Notes under the pieces: generated by a model
What the model was told of the DNA's origin: nothing
Database searches by the model: none
What the model saw: the letters and a program-made list of their open reading frames with translations, nothing else
Origin: an uncultured Ruficoccus sp.
GTDB taxonomy: Bacteria > Verrucomicrobiota > Verrucomicrobiia > Opitutales > Cerasicoccaceae
Direction of reading: 5' to 3'
Length of the DNA: 64,000 nucleotides
NCBI GenBank assembly: GCA_965140785.1
Contig: OZ223481.1
Span: 320,001 to 384,000, forward strand
Shown here: positions 1 to 10,719 of the stretch, piece after piece
Numbering within the stretch: the first letter of the stretch is position 1
How the letters are laid out: the number at the start of each line of letters is the position of its first letter
Position numbers and translations under genes: made by a program

Positions 1-938
1 ACGAGTATGTCTCGGGGGCGTCCATCGCCGAGGATACCGGGGTCTCCCGGGCGGCAGTCTGGGGGCGGCTGGATCGGCTGCGCTCGGAGGGTTTCGCTTT
101 CGAGGCGGTGCGAAACAAAGGTTACCGATTGGAGACAATTCCCGATGTTTTGCATCCGGCTCTGCTGGCTGCTCACCTCCTGAGACTGGCCTGCCCGGCC
201 AATTTGCACTACCTGGCCGAGACCGACAGCACAAATAGCCAGGCCGAGCGCCTGCTGGCCGACGGCGAGCATACGCCCTTCGTCGTGGTGGCGGGTAAGC
301 AGACCGCCGGGCGGGGGCGGCGGGGGCGCGTGTGGTTCAGCGAGGACCCCGGCAACCTGACCCTGAGCCTGGCCCTGCGGCCCCAGCTCCCCCCGGCTCG
401 GATGCAGACTTTTACGCTGTGGATGGGGCTCTCGACCTGTTTGGCCGTCAACGAGTTATGCGGCGTGTCGCTCAAGGTCAAGTGGCCCAACGACCTCCAC
501 TGGAACGGCAAGAAGGTGGCCGGCATGCTGACCGAGGCGCGGTCGGACTCGGAAATGCTCCGCGATCTGGTCTTTGGGATCGGTTTGAATGTAAACGGTG
601 TCACCGACCAGTTTCCCCCGGAGGTCCGTCAGGTGGCGGCCTCCCTGCGCGAGGCGGTTGGGCAGCCCTTCGATCTCAACGCCACGGCGGCGAAACTGAT
701 TCTGGCGCTCCTGAAAGCCTGCGATGCTTTTTTGGAGGACCGTTATCGGGAGACATTTCGTGAGCAGTGGCCGCTGCATGACGCCCTGACAGGGCGGACG
801 GTGACGGTTTCGCAGGCCGATCAGGTCATCAGCGGCGAGTATCTGGGCATCGACGAGACGGGAACCCTGCGCCTGCGTTTGCCTGACGGGACGGAACGGC
901 CGTTTGCGGCGGGAGATGTCACTTTGAAGAAACAATGA
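1..938 (+). CDS. birA: Bifunctional biotin--[acetyl-CoA-carboxylase] ligase / biotin repressor (5' end outside window)
   Basis: Frame is open from base 3 and encodes an HTH (SGASIAEDTGVSRAAVW); ligase motifs QTAGRGRRGRVW, KWPND, KKVAGML, GIGLNV. Confidence 0.95.
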   Translation, partial: EYVSGASIAEDTGVSRAAVWGRLDRLRSEGFAFEAVRNKGYRLETIPDVLHPALLAAHLLRLACPANLHYLAETDSTNSQAERLLADGEHTPFVVVAGKQTAGRGRRGRVWFSEDPGNLTLSLALRPQLPPARMQTFTLWMGLSTCLAVNELCGVSLKVKWPNDLHWNGKKVAGMLTEARSDSEMLRDLVFGIGLNVNGVTDQFPPEVRQVAASLREAVGQPFDLNATAAKLILALLKACDAFLEDRYRETFREQWPLHDALTGRTVTVSQADQVISGEYLGIDETGTLRLRLPDGTERPFAAGDVTLKKQ

Positions 939-1687
939 GCGTTTTATGCATTGATATTGGCAATACCCGGCTTCACCTAGGCCGGGTGGACGGGCAAACG
1001 GTGTCCGGAACCGAGGATTTGCCCACGCCGGAGATTCCCCGGCTGCTGCCTGAGCGGCTGGCGGCGGGCGGTTTCGAGGGCGTGGCCTACTGTTCGGTGG
1101 TGCCCACGGCCACAGCTGAGTTGGAGGGCGCCTTGAAAGCGGCTGGGATCACAGCCGCGGTGCGACTGGACCACGACTGCTGCCCGGGGCTGAAGATCAG
1201 CTATCCGCATCCGCCCGAGATCGGTCCGGACCGACTGGCCAACGGGATTGGCGCTCAGGTGGTTTGCGGGGCGCCTGCCATTGTCATCGATACTGGCACG
1301 GCTACGACTTTTGACCTGGTGACACAGGGCGGCGGCTACATCGGCGGCATCATCGCGCCCGGTCCGGCCATGATGACCAAATACTTGCATGAAAAAACTG
1401 CCCTCCTGCCCGAGCTCAGTCTGGAGGAGCTGAAGGACCCGGGCCGGATCGGGCGTTCGACTCGCGATGCGATGAAGCTCGGCTGCGTGGTCGGCTACGG
1501 CGGGATGATTCAGGCGCTGTTGGCGCGTTCGCGGGAGGAATTTTCCGCCCGGGGCGAGTCCGCGCCCACGGTTCTGGCCACCGGCGGGGGCACTGTGGTC
1601 TGGATCGATCAGTTGACGGAAAAAATCGAGTTCGTCCCACACCTGAGCCTGCTCGGCCTGGCCGCCGGTTACGCCCGCTCCCGGTGA
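935..1687 (+). CDS. coaX: Type III pantothenate kinase
   Basis: IDIGNT, IGPDR, IDTGTATTFD, GGIIAPG motifs; 4-nt overlap with birA, a common gene pairing. Confidence 0.95.
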   Translation: MSVLCIDIGNTRLHLGRVDGQTVSGTEDLPTPEIPRLLPERLAAGGFEGVAYCSVVPTATAELEGALKAAGITAAVRLDHDCCPGLKISYPHPPEIGPDRLANGIGAQVVCGAPAIVIDTGTATTFDLVTQGGGYIGGIIAPGPAMMTKYLHEKTALLPELSLEELKDPGRIGRSTRDAMKLGCVVGYGGMIQALLARSREEFSARGESAPTVLATGGGTVVWIDQLTEKIEFVPHLSLLGLAAGYARSR

Positions 1688-1937
1688 GGAGCGCCTCTGC
1701 GGTTAGGATTGGTCTGGGGTGCCGCGAGAGGGCAGCGGGAATAACACCGGGAAGCTTGTGGAGCCCGGGAGCGTCTGCCTTACCTTTCTTTTTGATCTTC
1801 TCGGCCTTCCTGCCAAATTCCTCCCTTTTTATCCAGCCAGGGTGAACGTGGCATTATTCGCCGGGCGAATCGTGCTTTTCTGGGGTTGCCAGAGGGCGAG
1901 TTCATGTCTCATGGTGGTAGGATACAGCCATGAACCC

Positions 1938-3002
1938 ATGGCGAACCCTTTTGCTGTCAACGAGTCTAATCCTCTATCCTTGGAATCCGAGCAACCAGCT
2001 ATTGAAGTTCTTGATCTGACGAAGCGTTACGGCCCGCGCAAGGCGATCGACCACGTCAGTTTCGAAGTGGCGCGCGGGCAGGTCGTCGGCTTTCTCGGCC
2101 CAAACGGGGCGGGCAAGAGCACGACCATGCGCATTCTGTGCGGAATCATGCCGGCTACCTCGGGCATCGCCCGTGTCTGCGGCATCCCGGTGGCCAGCCA
2201 GTCCGGCGAGGTCAAAAAGCGCATCGGCTACATGCCCGAGTCCAATCCGCTGCCGGAGGACATGCGGGTGATTGAATACCTGCGCTACCGTGCCCGCCTG
2301 AAGGAAATCCCTGCCCGCCTGATCCGCGACCGGGTGGAGGAGGCGATGGAGGTATGTGAACTGCACCGCAAGCCCCGCCGCCGCCTGATCAGCACCCTCT
2401 CCAAGGGCTACCGCCAGCGCGTGGGCATCGCCGACGCCATCCTGGCCAAGCCCGAGGTCATCGTGATGGACGAGCCGACCATCGGCCTGGACCCGCACCA
2501 GATCCTCAGCATTCGCAACCTGATTGACGCCCTGCGGGGGAATATGACGGTCATCCTTTCCAGCCACATCCTGCCCGAGATCGAAATCTGCTGCGACCGC
2601 GTGATCATCATCAATCAGGGCCGGGTCGTGGCCAATGGCACCTCCCAGAGCCTGCGCGAGCAGTTCCTGCCCATGACCCGCTACCGGGTCCGCACCGCCC
2701 TTGAGCCCGAGCAGATGGGCTCGCTCCTGCCGACGATCAGCCCCGAGCTGACGCTGGAGAGCGCGAGCGAGGCCGACGGGCTGCACGAATACCTGATGGA
2801 GGCACCTTCGCGCCTGGATTTGACCGAAGCCTTTATCGACGGCCTGCGCGAGCGCCGGGCGCGTATCCACGAGGTGGCTCGCCTGCAGCCGAACCTGGAG
2901 GACATCTTCATGTCCGCCACCAAACGCAGTTGGGATGAGACCCTGCCTGCGGGCAAGGAATCGTCGTCCCCGGAACCTGTCGAAGCGTCCACCCCGTCCT
3001 GA
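1938..3002 (+). CDS. ABC transporter ATP-binding protein (GldA-like)
   Basis: Walker [10 protein letters not shown], signature LSKGYRQR, DEPTIGLDP; start moved to in-frame ATG 1938. Confidence 0.9.
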   Translation: MANPFAVNESNPLSLESEQPAIEVLDLTKRYGPRKAIDHVSFEVARGQVVGFLGPNGAGKSTTMRILCGIMPATSGIARVCGIPVASQSGEVKKRIGYMPESNPLPEDMRVIEYLRYRARLKEIPARLIRDRVEEAMEVCELHRKPRRRLISTLSKGYRQRVGIADAILAKPEVIVMDEPTIGLDPHQILSIRNLIDALRGNMTVILSSHILPEIEICCDRVIIINQGRVVANGTSQSLREQFLPMTRYRVRTALEPEQMGSLLPTISPELTLESASEADGLHEYLMEAPSRLDLTEAFIDGLRERRARIHEVARLQPNLEDIFMSATKRSWDETLPAGKESSSPEPVEASTPS

Positions 3003-3016
3003 GTTATCCTGCACCG

Positions 3017-3781
3017 ATGCGACATTTTCTGACCCTGTTTTCCCATGAGCTGCGCATGCTGCTGATCGCGCCGGCCACCTACGTGGCCTCCGTGCTGTTT
3101 CTGCTGCTGATGGGCTTGATTTATCTGCTCGTGCTGAACGAGGCGGGCGCGCGCGAGACGGACCTGCCACCCTCGGTCTTGTTTTTCCAGGTCTTCTGGA
3201 TTCCGGTCTTTTTCATGGTGCCGCTGTTGACCATGCGTTCTATCGCCGAGGAGCGCCGCCTGGGCACGCTGGAGACGCTCATGACGACCCCGGCCAGCGC
3301 CTTGCAGGTGGTGCTGAGCAAGTTCCTGGGGGCGTATGTCTTTTACCTGCTGCTGTGGGGGCTGACCATTTGTTTCCCCTTCATCGCGGCCTACGGGCTT
3401 CCGAGCACGGCGGACAAGGCCGTGGTGCTGGAGTTGGCCCCGATGCTGGGCGGTTATCTTTTTGTCGCCCTGAGCGGAGCGCTCTACATCGGGCTGGGGA
3501 TTTTCGCCAGCAGCCTGACCCGCAGCCAGCTGGTGGCGGGGATGCTGAGCTTCAGCATGCTTTTTATCATCATTATCAGCGGGCAGCTTCTGCTTCGCTT
3601 GCCGATCCAGGAATACTCGTGGATGCACTGGCTGGAGTCGCCGCTGGAGTACATCCGCTCCTTCAAGCACCTGGAGGACTTCAGCCGCGGGGTGATCGAC
3701 ACCCGGCCCTTCATGCTCTACCTCAGTAACGCCGCCCTTCTGCTGGGCATCACCACGCTCGTCGTCGAGTCCAAAGCCTAG
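3017..3781 (+). CDS. ABC-2 type permease (GldF-like)
   Basis: About 6 TM segments; PLLTMRSIAEERRLGTLETLMTTP motif; FSRGVIDTR. Confidence 0.88.
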   Translation: MRHFLTLFSHELRMLLIAPATYVASVLFLLLMGLIYLLVLNEAGARETDLPPSVLFFQVFWIPVFFMVPLLTMRSIAEERRLGTLETLMTTPASALQVVLSKFLGAYVFYLLLWGLTICFPFIAAYGLPSTADKAVVLELAPMLGGYLFVALSGALYIGLGIFASSLTRSQLVAGMLSFSMLFIIIISGQLLLRLPIQEYSWMHWLESPLEYIRSFKHLEDFSRGVIDTRPFMLYLSNAALLLGITTLVVESKA

Positions 3782-3790
3782 AAGAACGCT

Positions 3791-5275
3791 ATGAGCCGAA
3801 TGGAAGAGTTCAGTTACGCGCGCTGGGTCCTGCGGATCAACCGGCTGGTGCAGATTTGTTTGTTCGTCCTGCTGGTGGCGGCGGTGAATTACATCGCCTC
3901 ACGTTCGTTCGAGCGGTTCGACCTGACCCGCAACAACCGCTACTCCCTCTCGGCGGAGACGCTGGCCTACCTGGACCAGGTCAACCAGCCGGTGCGGATT
4001 ATCGTGACCACGCCTCCCGAGTCTGCCCCCGAGGAGATGCGGTTTATTTTCCGCCAGGTCAGCCGCTTGCTGCGCGAGTACGAGCTGGCCAGCCGCCAGG
4101 ACAAGGGCGGCGAGCAAATGATCGACGTGGAGTACGTCAATGTCTATCGCCAGAGCGAGAAGGCCGAGGAGCTGGTCAACAAGTTCGGGATCAGTCCCGA
4201 CCAGGACAACGTCATCGTGGTCAGCAGTGGCGCCCGCTACAAGCAGGTGCTGCCGCTGGATGTTTGGAAGACCGACGAGAGCGGCGTGAGCGCCTTTCAG
4301 GGCGAGCAGGCCTTTACCTCGGCCATCTTGGACGTGACCAACCAGAACGCCAAGACCATCTACCACCTCTTCGGCCACGGGGAGATGCGGGCGGACGACG
4401 TCGATCCGCTGCGCGGTTTTTCGCGGGCCTCGTATTATCTGCGGCAGCGCAATTTCAAGCAGGAGCCGCTCGATCTGATGGAGGTGCCGAAGGTGCCCGA
4501 GGATGCCGGGCTGGTCATCATCGCCGGGCCGCAGACGCAGTTGCTCCCGCCCGAGCAGGAGAAGCTCCGCCGCTACCTGACCGAGGACAATGGCCGCCTC
4601 CTGGTCCTGCTGGAGCCGGGAAATCCGCACGGCCTGGACGATCTCTTTTATGACTGGGGCGTGCTGGCGGACGACATGCTTGTGCTGGAGAACTCCAATG
4701 AGTTCCTCGCCTCCGAGGGCGACTCGCTGGTGGGCAACTTCACCGACCACCCGATCACAAAGATCCTTTACGACAACAAGCTCAAGGTGCTCGTCGGGCT
4801 GAGCCGTCCGGTGCGCCAGGACATGGGGGCCCCGCTGGACAACAGCCTGGAGATCACCCCGCTGATGGCCTCTTCGCCCGAGAGCTGGGCCGAGCGGGAC
4901 TACCTGCGCACGCCCATCCAGTACAACGAGGAGACGGACCTGGCCGGACCGATCACGCTGGCTATGGTTTCGGAACGCTCGGCCGGGAGCCGTTTCGGCT
5001 TAAACATCCCCGGCGGCAAGCTCGTCGTCTTCGGCAACGCCGGTATGTTCAGCAACAACCGCTTCGCGGCGGCGGCCAACGAAACACTCTTCCACAACGT
5101 CATCCACTGGATCCTCGACCAGGATTCGCTGGTCAACATCGAGCCCCGCAAGCTGGAGAACTACAAGATCAGCCTGAGCCGTCAGGATCTGATCGACACC
5201 GGGCTTCGCCTCTTGATTTTGCCCGGTGCGGTCGCTTTGCTCGGGGTCATGATAACTTTTATCCGCCGCCGTTAA
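3791..5275 (+). CDS. GldG-family ABC auxiliary periplasmic protein
   Basis: N- and C-terminal TM; DLTRNNRYSLSAET, GEQAFTSAI, GHGE, IIAGPQ motifs. Confidence 0.85.
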   Translation: MSRMEEFSYARWVLRINRLVQICLFVLLVAAVNYIASRSFERFDLTRNNRYSLSAETLAYLDQVNQPVRIIVTTPPESAPEEMRFIFRQVSRLLREYELASRQDKGGEQMIDVEYVNVYRQSEKAEELVNKFGISPDQDNVIVVSSGARYKQVLPLDVWKTDESGVSAFQGEQAFTSAILDVTNQNAKTIYHLFGHGEMRADDVDPLRGFSRASYYLRQRNFKQEPLDLMEVPKVPEDAGLVIIAGPQTQLLPPEQEKLRRYLTEDNGRLLVLLEPGNPHGLDDLFYDWGVLADDMLVLENSNEFLASEGDSLVGNFTDHPITKILYDNKLKVLVGLSRPVRQDMGAPLDNSLEITPLMASSPESWAERDYLRTPIQYNEETDLAGPITLAMVSERSAGSRFGLNIPGGKLVVFGNAGMFSNNRFAAAANETLFHNVIHWILDQDSLVNIEPRKLENYKISLSRQDLIDTGLRLLILPGAVALLGVMITFIRRR

Positions 5276-5287
5276 TTCCTCCCTGTC

Positions 5288-7294
5288 ATGCGCGTTAAAC
5301 TCACCATAGTCCTGGTCATCCTCAATCTGGCGGCGTTCTACTGGATCTACGTTCTGGAGAAGCAGTCCGACCCGAAGGAGGCGTACCTGCAGGAAACGGT
5401 CAATATCCTCTCCAACGCCTCGGGGGTGGACCAGATCAGCATCCAGGTCAAAACCGCCCAGCGCCAGGAGGAGCGGGTCATTGCGCGTACGCGCAACGGC
5501 TGGGAAATCACCAGCCCCTACGTCTGGCCCGCCAATGATAACGCCGTCCAGCGTATCCTGACTCAGTTGCAGTTTTTGGAGAAAGAGGTCACCATCCCGC
5601 TGGACGAGATCAAGCGCAGCGGGCAGACCCTGGCCGATTTCGGCCTGGAGGACCCGGCCATCATCCTGAGCTACAAGATGGGCGAAAAGAAAGTCGTTCT
5701 GAAGATCGGCTCGCCCACCCAGCTCGGCAAGCGTGTGTACCTGCTGCCGCCCGACGGTGACGCCGTGCTGGTGGTCAGCGACGAGTTGCTCAAGGCCATC
5801 ACCATCGGGCTGGCCGACCTGCGCAGCGACCGGGTCTTTGACATTCCGCTCTTCGAGGTGCGCTCGCTCACCATTGAGCAGGGCGAGCAGCGGTACCGCT
5901 TCGAAGAGAGCGGGGACGATTGGTGGCTGGAGTCACCCATCCGCGTCCGGGCCGACAACGCCAAGGTTGATACCGCCCTGGGCCAGTTGACCGCTCTGCG
6001 CAGCGTCCACATCGTCCGCGACCTGCCCAGCGGGGGCGAGAATGCCGTCTTTGCCCAGCCCTACATGCGGATCACTCTCGGGGGCAACAACCGCCGCCGG
6101 ACCCTCCTGGTCGGTGCGCCGGTGCCGGAAGTTCTAGAGGGCGAAGCGCCCCAGCGTTATGCCCGGTTGGAGAACGACCCGGCTTCGGGCACGATTTTCA
6201 CCGTCGAGCAGAAGCCCCTGGAGCGCCTCAGCGACCCGGCGGATCGCCTGCGCCAGCGGTATTTCTTCGTCTTCGATCCGACCCAGGTCAACGCCATTGA
6301 GATCACCGAGGACGGGCGCAGCCTGACCCTCCAGAAGCTCGAAAAACGCCAGGCTGACGAAAAGCCGAGCTGGCAGATTTTCCGCAAGGAGGCCGGGGGT
6401 AAGATCGTTACCCAGCCTGCTGACGCCGAGGTTATCGGCCAATTGCTGACCTCCTTGCGCGGGCTGGAGGCCAAGTCCTTCGCCTCCGACGCGCCCTCCG
6501 GGCAGGACCTGGAGCAGTGGGGGCTGGCCAATGGCAAAACCCGGCGCGTGACCCTGCGCGGCGCCAGCGAGCAGACGCTGCTGCTCGGCGTCGATAAGCA
6601 AAGCGACGGCCTGTATGCCAAGCTCGCCGCCGAGCCTTTTGTCTACAAGGTCGGCAGCCTGATCCTGACGAAGATCAACTCCGACCCGCTGACCTACCGC
6701 AGCCGCCTGCTCGACCAGAGCATGGCCGGGGCCCGGGTGGTCGGGCTCACCCTGACCGACCTGAACGGCGATCAGAAGCTGCTCGCGGGAACTATCGATC
6801 CGCAAAAGGAGACCTGGAGCACGCACTGGGCTTCCCTGCCGGAGAAGGAGCGCGAAGCCGCTCTCGACTTGGTGGACCAACTGGAGAATTTCCGTGTCGC
6901 CGCCTACGAGGACAAACCCTTCTCGGCTTGGCCGGGCAAGACCTGGCGCTATCGCCTGAGCGTGGATTACTTCCTGCCCGGCAGCCAGGACGGCGCCACC
7001 ACGCAGCGCGAGTACGACTTTAGTGTCCGCCAGGAGGCCGATCGGCAGTTGGGCGGTTCCCCGGCCACGGGGCTCGCCTTCGAGCTGACCCAGCCGATGA
7101 TTGATGCGCTTTTTGTCCTGACCTTTGAGAAGGACGCTCCTGTCCTGCCGGATACGCCTGAAGCAGTGGAAAAGGCCGAGCCGCTGCCCCTGCCGGAGGG
7201 AGCGGGTCAGAAGCCGACAACGACTTCGCCGCCCGAGGCCGAGGCCGCTTCGTCCGCGGCTGGGAAGACACCGTCCGGGCAGCCAGCCCCGTAA
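5288..7294 (+). CDS. DUF4340 domain protein
   Basis: N-terminal anchor; repeated W-x-I/L-x-S-P...A-D/N and FGLEDP/WGL units; usual position after gldG-like gene. Confidence 0.75.
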   Translation: MRVKLTIVLVILNLAAFYWIYVLEKQSDPKEAYLQETVNILSNASGVDQISIQVKTAQRQEERVIARTRNGWEITSPYVWPANDNAVQRILTQLQFLEKEVTIPLDEIKRSGQTLADFGLEDPAIILSYKMGEKKVVLKIGSPTQLGKRVYLLPPDGDAVLVVSDELLKAITIGLADLRSDRVFDIPLFEVRSLTIEQGEQRYRFEESGDDWWLESPIRVRADNAKVDTALGQLTALRSVHIVRDLPSGGENAVFAQPYMRITLGGNNRRRTLLVGAPVPEVLEGEAPQRYARLENDPASGTIFTVEQKPLERLSDPADRLRQRYFFVFDPTQVNAIEITEDGRSLTLQKLEKRQADEKPSWQIFRKEAGGKIVTQPADAEVIGQLLTSLRGLEAKSFASDAPSGQDLEQWGLANGKTRRVTLRGASEQTLLLGVDKQSDGLYAKLAAEPFVYKVGSLILTKINSDPLTYRSRLLDQSMAGARVVGLTLTDLNGDQKLLAGTIDPQKETWSTHWASLPEKEREAALDLVDQLENFRVAAYEDKPFSAWPGKTWRYRLSVDYFLPGSQDGATTQREYDFSVRQEADRQLGGSPATGLAFELTQPMIDALFVLTFEKDAPVLPDTPEAVEKAEPLPLPEGAGQKPTTTSPPEAEAASSAAGKTPSGQPAP

Positions 7295-7305
7295 CACCCA
7301 GAGCC

Positions 7306-10182
7306 ATGAGCGCACGGAGCCAAAACCCGGTCCGACCCTGGTGGAAGCGTCTTCTGGGTGGTCTCCACATTTTGTTCAATCTCGGGCTGCTGGCCGCGTT
7401 GATCGGGCAGGGAGTGCTCGTCTACCTGCTCTGGCAGGACGGCGAGGTGCCCATCCCGGCCTTTGTGACGGAAAAGATCGAGCACCGGCTGGCCGAGCAG
7501 GGCTTCGAGGTGGAGATCGGGACCATGAAGCTCGACCTGCGCGGCATCCTGCTGCTGAAGGAGGTCACTGTCAGCCTGCCCGGTTACCACGAGCCCATCG
7601 CCGAGGTGGACCTGATCCTGGTGGATTTCCCCCCGTGGGCGGTGCTGGACCGGCGTTTTCTGCCCAACGAAATCTGGGTCTCGCGTTGCCACCTGTTTTG
7701 CCCGACGGTTCTTTCGCCCACCGGGGTGCGCGAGCCGGTGGCGCAGGATATTTTTACCGAGGTCTCCATCCGGCACCGGCGCCTGGATCTGGACCGGCTT
7801 ATCCTGCGGCTTAGAGGGCTAGGCATCCGGGCCAGCGGCTCGCTTCCGGTGGACGATATCCGGACAATGATCGGTGAGCGGGACGAGGACCTGACGCAGG
7901 AGGAGAGCAACCGCCGGATCGCCGCCGGTTATGCCGGTTTTTGCCGCTCGGTGTTGGAGGCCGGGCCCTGGATCGAGCGTTTTACCGATCCGCGGGTGCA
8001 GTTGCAGATCCGTCCTGATGCGGCGACTCCCTCGGCGGGCGCGCGGGTCGTGGCCCAGTTTCAGGCAGAGGCCTTTAATCTCGGCCAGGGCCGTGAAGGC
8101 CAGCGCATGACCGCGCAGGTCGAGGCCACCGGCAAGGACGCTGATTCGGTCCGGCTCCGGCTGGCCCGGGCTCGCCTGCGGGGGCTGACCTGGGAGGATA
8201 AAGCCACGGCGAAGGCCGTCCAGATCGACGCCGTGATCCCCCCTCACGGCCTGAAAACCGCGCCCACGGCCTGCCACCTGGCGGCGGTCGATGTGGAGGC
8301 GGCGAACCTCACCCTCGACACCGTTGTCGGGGACCTGCATTTTGCCAACCGGTTGCAGCCACAGGGCTGGCTGCATTTCCAAAGCGGGACCAATTGGCTC
8401 ACCGTCAACGGCCAGGTCGATACGGAGAATGACACCGCCGCGCTGGCTGTCTCGGCCTGGTGGGATCCGCTGGATTTGCTCAAGATCAGCTTCCTGGAAG
8501 GGAAGTTCGAGCAGCCGCCGGACTTGGTTTGCTCGGAGCGCCCGCGCTGGAGCGGGCAGGTGGTACTGGGCGAGGACTTCACCTTTACCTCGGCTCAGGT
8601 CGGGCTGGACTTAGGGCGGACCCGCTACGAAACGCTGAACCTCGTATCCGCCTACGCCCGGGCCACCATTACGCCGAAGCTGATCGATGTGCAGCAGGCA
8701 GTGCTCACGACCGACCGCTATACGGTGGAGGGCTCGTTCCGCGAGGAGCTCGACACGCATCGTTACCGTTTCTTGCTGGAGGGTAATGTTGATCCGCTGG
8801 AGATCGACTTCCTGATCGACGCGGACTGGTGGAAACCGCTCTGGGAGGACTTCACCTTCCACGGACAGCTGCCGTACTCGAATATCGACATCCAGGGCAT
8901 TTTCGGCGAGGGCAACAAGGATAAGACGTTCTTCGGTTACAACGAGTTACGGGATTTGACCTATCAGGGCGTGGAGGTCGAGTCCTTCACCGCCATGCTG
9001 TGGCGCGAGCCGGCCCGGATTATCCTCTACGACATGCGGGGTCGGGGAGAGAGCGGCGCCTTTAACGCAGGCATCCAGTTCAACTATACCCCCGACGGCG
9101 AGGACCGCACCTCGCTCGCCTTCGCCGCAGCTACAACTCTCCCCTTACGCCAGGCCGCCGCTCTGGCCGGAAAGGAGGCCCTGAGCTACGTCGATGACTT
9201 TACCCTGACGGCGGCGCCCCGGCTCCAGGTCAACGGCCTGACCATCGATCAGCCTGGCGACAACGCGCTTTACCTGAAAATCATCGCGGACATGGACGCG
9301 CAGACGACCTACGAGGGCTTCGTGTTTGATCATCTGGCTTTTCACGGCTTCAAAAAGCCCGATGTCCTGCAACTGCGCCAGATCGTCTTCGGCATGGCCG
9401 GAGGCGAGGGGACCGGTCAGGCTGACGTCAAGCTGAGCGAGGGAGACGAGAGCAGCGAAATGGCGCTCGGGCTTTCGCTGCGCGGAGCCTCTTATACGAA
9501 GTTGCAGCAGGCCATCCCCCTGCTGGCCCGGCACGAGAAGGACCCCGTCGCCGGGGGCGCCGCGCCGGCAAAGGACGCCTCCGCGCAGCCCCCAAGTGCG
9601 GACACGGCCAGTGACAAGGCCGCCCGGGAGAAGGACTCCGACCTGGCCAAGATCGACTTCGACATCAACGCGCAGGGTAAGACCGGGGATGTGGCGACTT
9701 TCCGTGGCTACGGCCAGCTCGGCGTCCGCGACGCCCTGCTGGGGCAGTTTCACCTCTTCGGCGGTCTCTCCCGGGCGATGCAGGCTATCGGGCTGAACCT
9801 GGGGACGGTGGACTTCACCAAGGGGCAGGCGCCATTCGTTTTGGGCAAGGGCTACGCACACTTCCCCCGGGTGACGATTTCCGGCCCCACCGCCCGCATC
9901 GACGCCAACGGCAACCTGAATCTGGACACCAACGAGCTGGACTTTTACCTTTCGCTCTACCCGCTGGGAGGCATCGACGTACCGATCATCTCGCAGATAT
10001 TCTCTGCCATCAATCCCTTGACTGACGTGGTGGAGGCCCAGCTCGGCGGCTCTTTCAATAAGCCGGATTGGAAGGTGGACTTCCGCCCCATCGGTATCAT
10101 CACCGGCCAGAAAAAGGTCTCCAACCCCACGGGCGAGACCCTTCCCAAAAGCGGGCTGTATGAGATGCCCGACGACTCCTGA
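7306..10182 (+). CDS. AsmA-like (YhdP/TamB superfamily) large periplasmic protein
   Basis: Single N-terminal TM, long beta-rich body, AsmA_2-like C-terminus (ISGPTARIDANGNLNL...LGGSFNKPDW). Confidence 0.7.
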   Translation: MSARSQNPVRPWWKRLLGGLHILFNLGLLAALIGQGVLVYLLWQDGEVPIPAFVTEKIEHRLAEQGFEVEIGTMKLDLRGILLLKEVTVSLPGYHEPIAEVDLILVDFPPWAVLDRRFLPNEIWVSRCHLFCPTVLSPTGVREPVAQDIFTEVSIRHRRLDLDRLILRLRGLGIRASGSLPVDDIRTMIGERDEDLTQEESNRRIAAGYAGFCRSVLEAGPWIERFTDPRVQLQIRPDAATPSAGARVVAQFQAEAFNLGQGREGQRMTAQVEATGKDADSVRLRLARARLRGLTWEDKATAKAVQIDAVIPPHGLKTAPTACHLAAVDVEAANLTLDTVVGDLHFANRLQPQGWLHFQSGTNWLTVNGQVDTENDTAALAVSAWWDPLDLLKISFLEGKFEQPPDLVCSERPRWSGQVVLGEDFTFTSAQVGLDLGRTRYETLNLVSAYARATITPKLIDVQQAVLTTDRYTVEGSFREELDTHRYRFLLEGNVDPLEIDFLIDADWWKPLWEDFTFHGQLPYSNIDIQGIFGEGNKDKTFFGYNELRDLTYQGVEVESFTAMLWREPARIILYDMRGRGESGAFNAGIQFNYTPDGEDRTSLAFAAATTLPLRQAAALAGKEALSYVDDFTLTAAPRLQVNGLTIDQPGDNALYLKIIADMDAQTTYEGFVFDHLAFHGFKKPDVLQLRQIVFGMAGGEGTGQADVKLSEGDESSEMALGLSLRGASYTKLQQAIPLLARHEKDPVAGGAAPAKDASAQPPSADTASDKAAREKDSDLAKIDFDINAQGKTGDVATFRGYGQLGVRDALLGQFHLFGGLSRAMQAIGLNLGTVDFTKGQAPFVLGKGYAHFPRVTISGPTARIDANGNLNLDTNELDFYLSLYPLGGIDVPIISQIFSAINPLTDVVEAQLGGSFNKPDWKVDFRPIGIITGQKKVSNPTGETLPKSGLYEMPDDS

Positions 10183-10187
10183 TCCGC

Positions 10188-10685
10188 ATGACCTTTGATC
10201 CGAAGCGCCTCAGACTGGTTTCTGGTGGTCAGACCGGAGTGGACCGGGCCGCGCTCGATGCGGCCCTCGCGGCCAAGGTCCCCTGCGGCGGCTTTTGCCC
10301 GAAAGGCCGACGGGCCGAGGATGGGGTGATCCCCGCCCGCTACCCGGTGCAGGAGTCCCTCAGCCGCAGCTACATCGTGCGCACAGTGCAGAACCTGCTC
10401 AGTACCGAGGCGACCGTTATTTTTCACGCCGGTCCCCTGTGCGGCGGCACCCGCCAGACTGCCGCCTATGCCCGGCTGCACGCCCGTCCGCTCCTGCTGT
10501 TGGATGCTGCCCAGATCGAGCCGGAGCAGGCCGCCCGGCAACTGAGGGCCTTCTGCCGCCGAGAAAAAGTCCGCATCCTCAACGTGGCCGGCCCGCGCGC
10601 CAGCCAGGCTCCGGCGCTGGGGGCCTTCGTCCGGCAGACGCTGGAGCGCTTTTTTTCACCCGCCAAAAAGGTAAAAAGCGTGTGA
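10188..10685 (+). CDS. Putative molybdenum carrier protein (circularly permuted YpsA/SLOG family)
   Basis: SGGQTGVDRAALD, GGFCPKGRRAEDG, LNVAGPRAS motifs. Confidence 0.85.
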   Translation: MTFDPKRLRLVSGGQTGVDRAALDAALAAKVPCGGFCPKGRRAEDGVIPARYPVQESLSRSYIVRTVQNLLSTEATVIFHAGPLCGGTRQTAAYARLHARPLLLLDAAQIEPEQAARQLRAFCRREKVRILNVAGPRASQAPALGAFVRQTLERFFSPAKKVKSV

Positions 10686-10719
10686 CAACAAAACGTTGCC
10701 CGCCGCCGTGAAATTCTCC

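Noticed and set aside
1938..5275. Gliding motility system
   Set aside because: GldA/F/G-like ABC sets are widespread in non-gliding bacteria; no gldKLMN or spr genes in the window.
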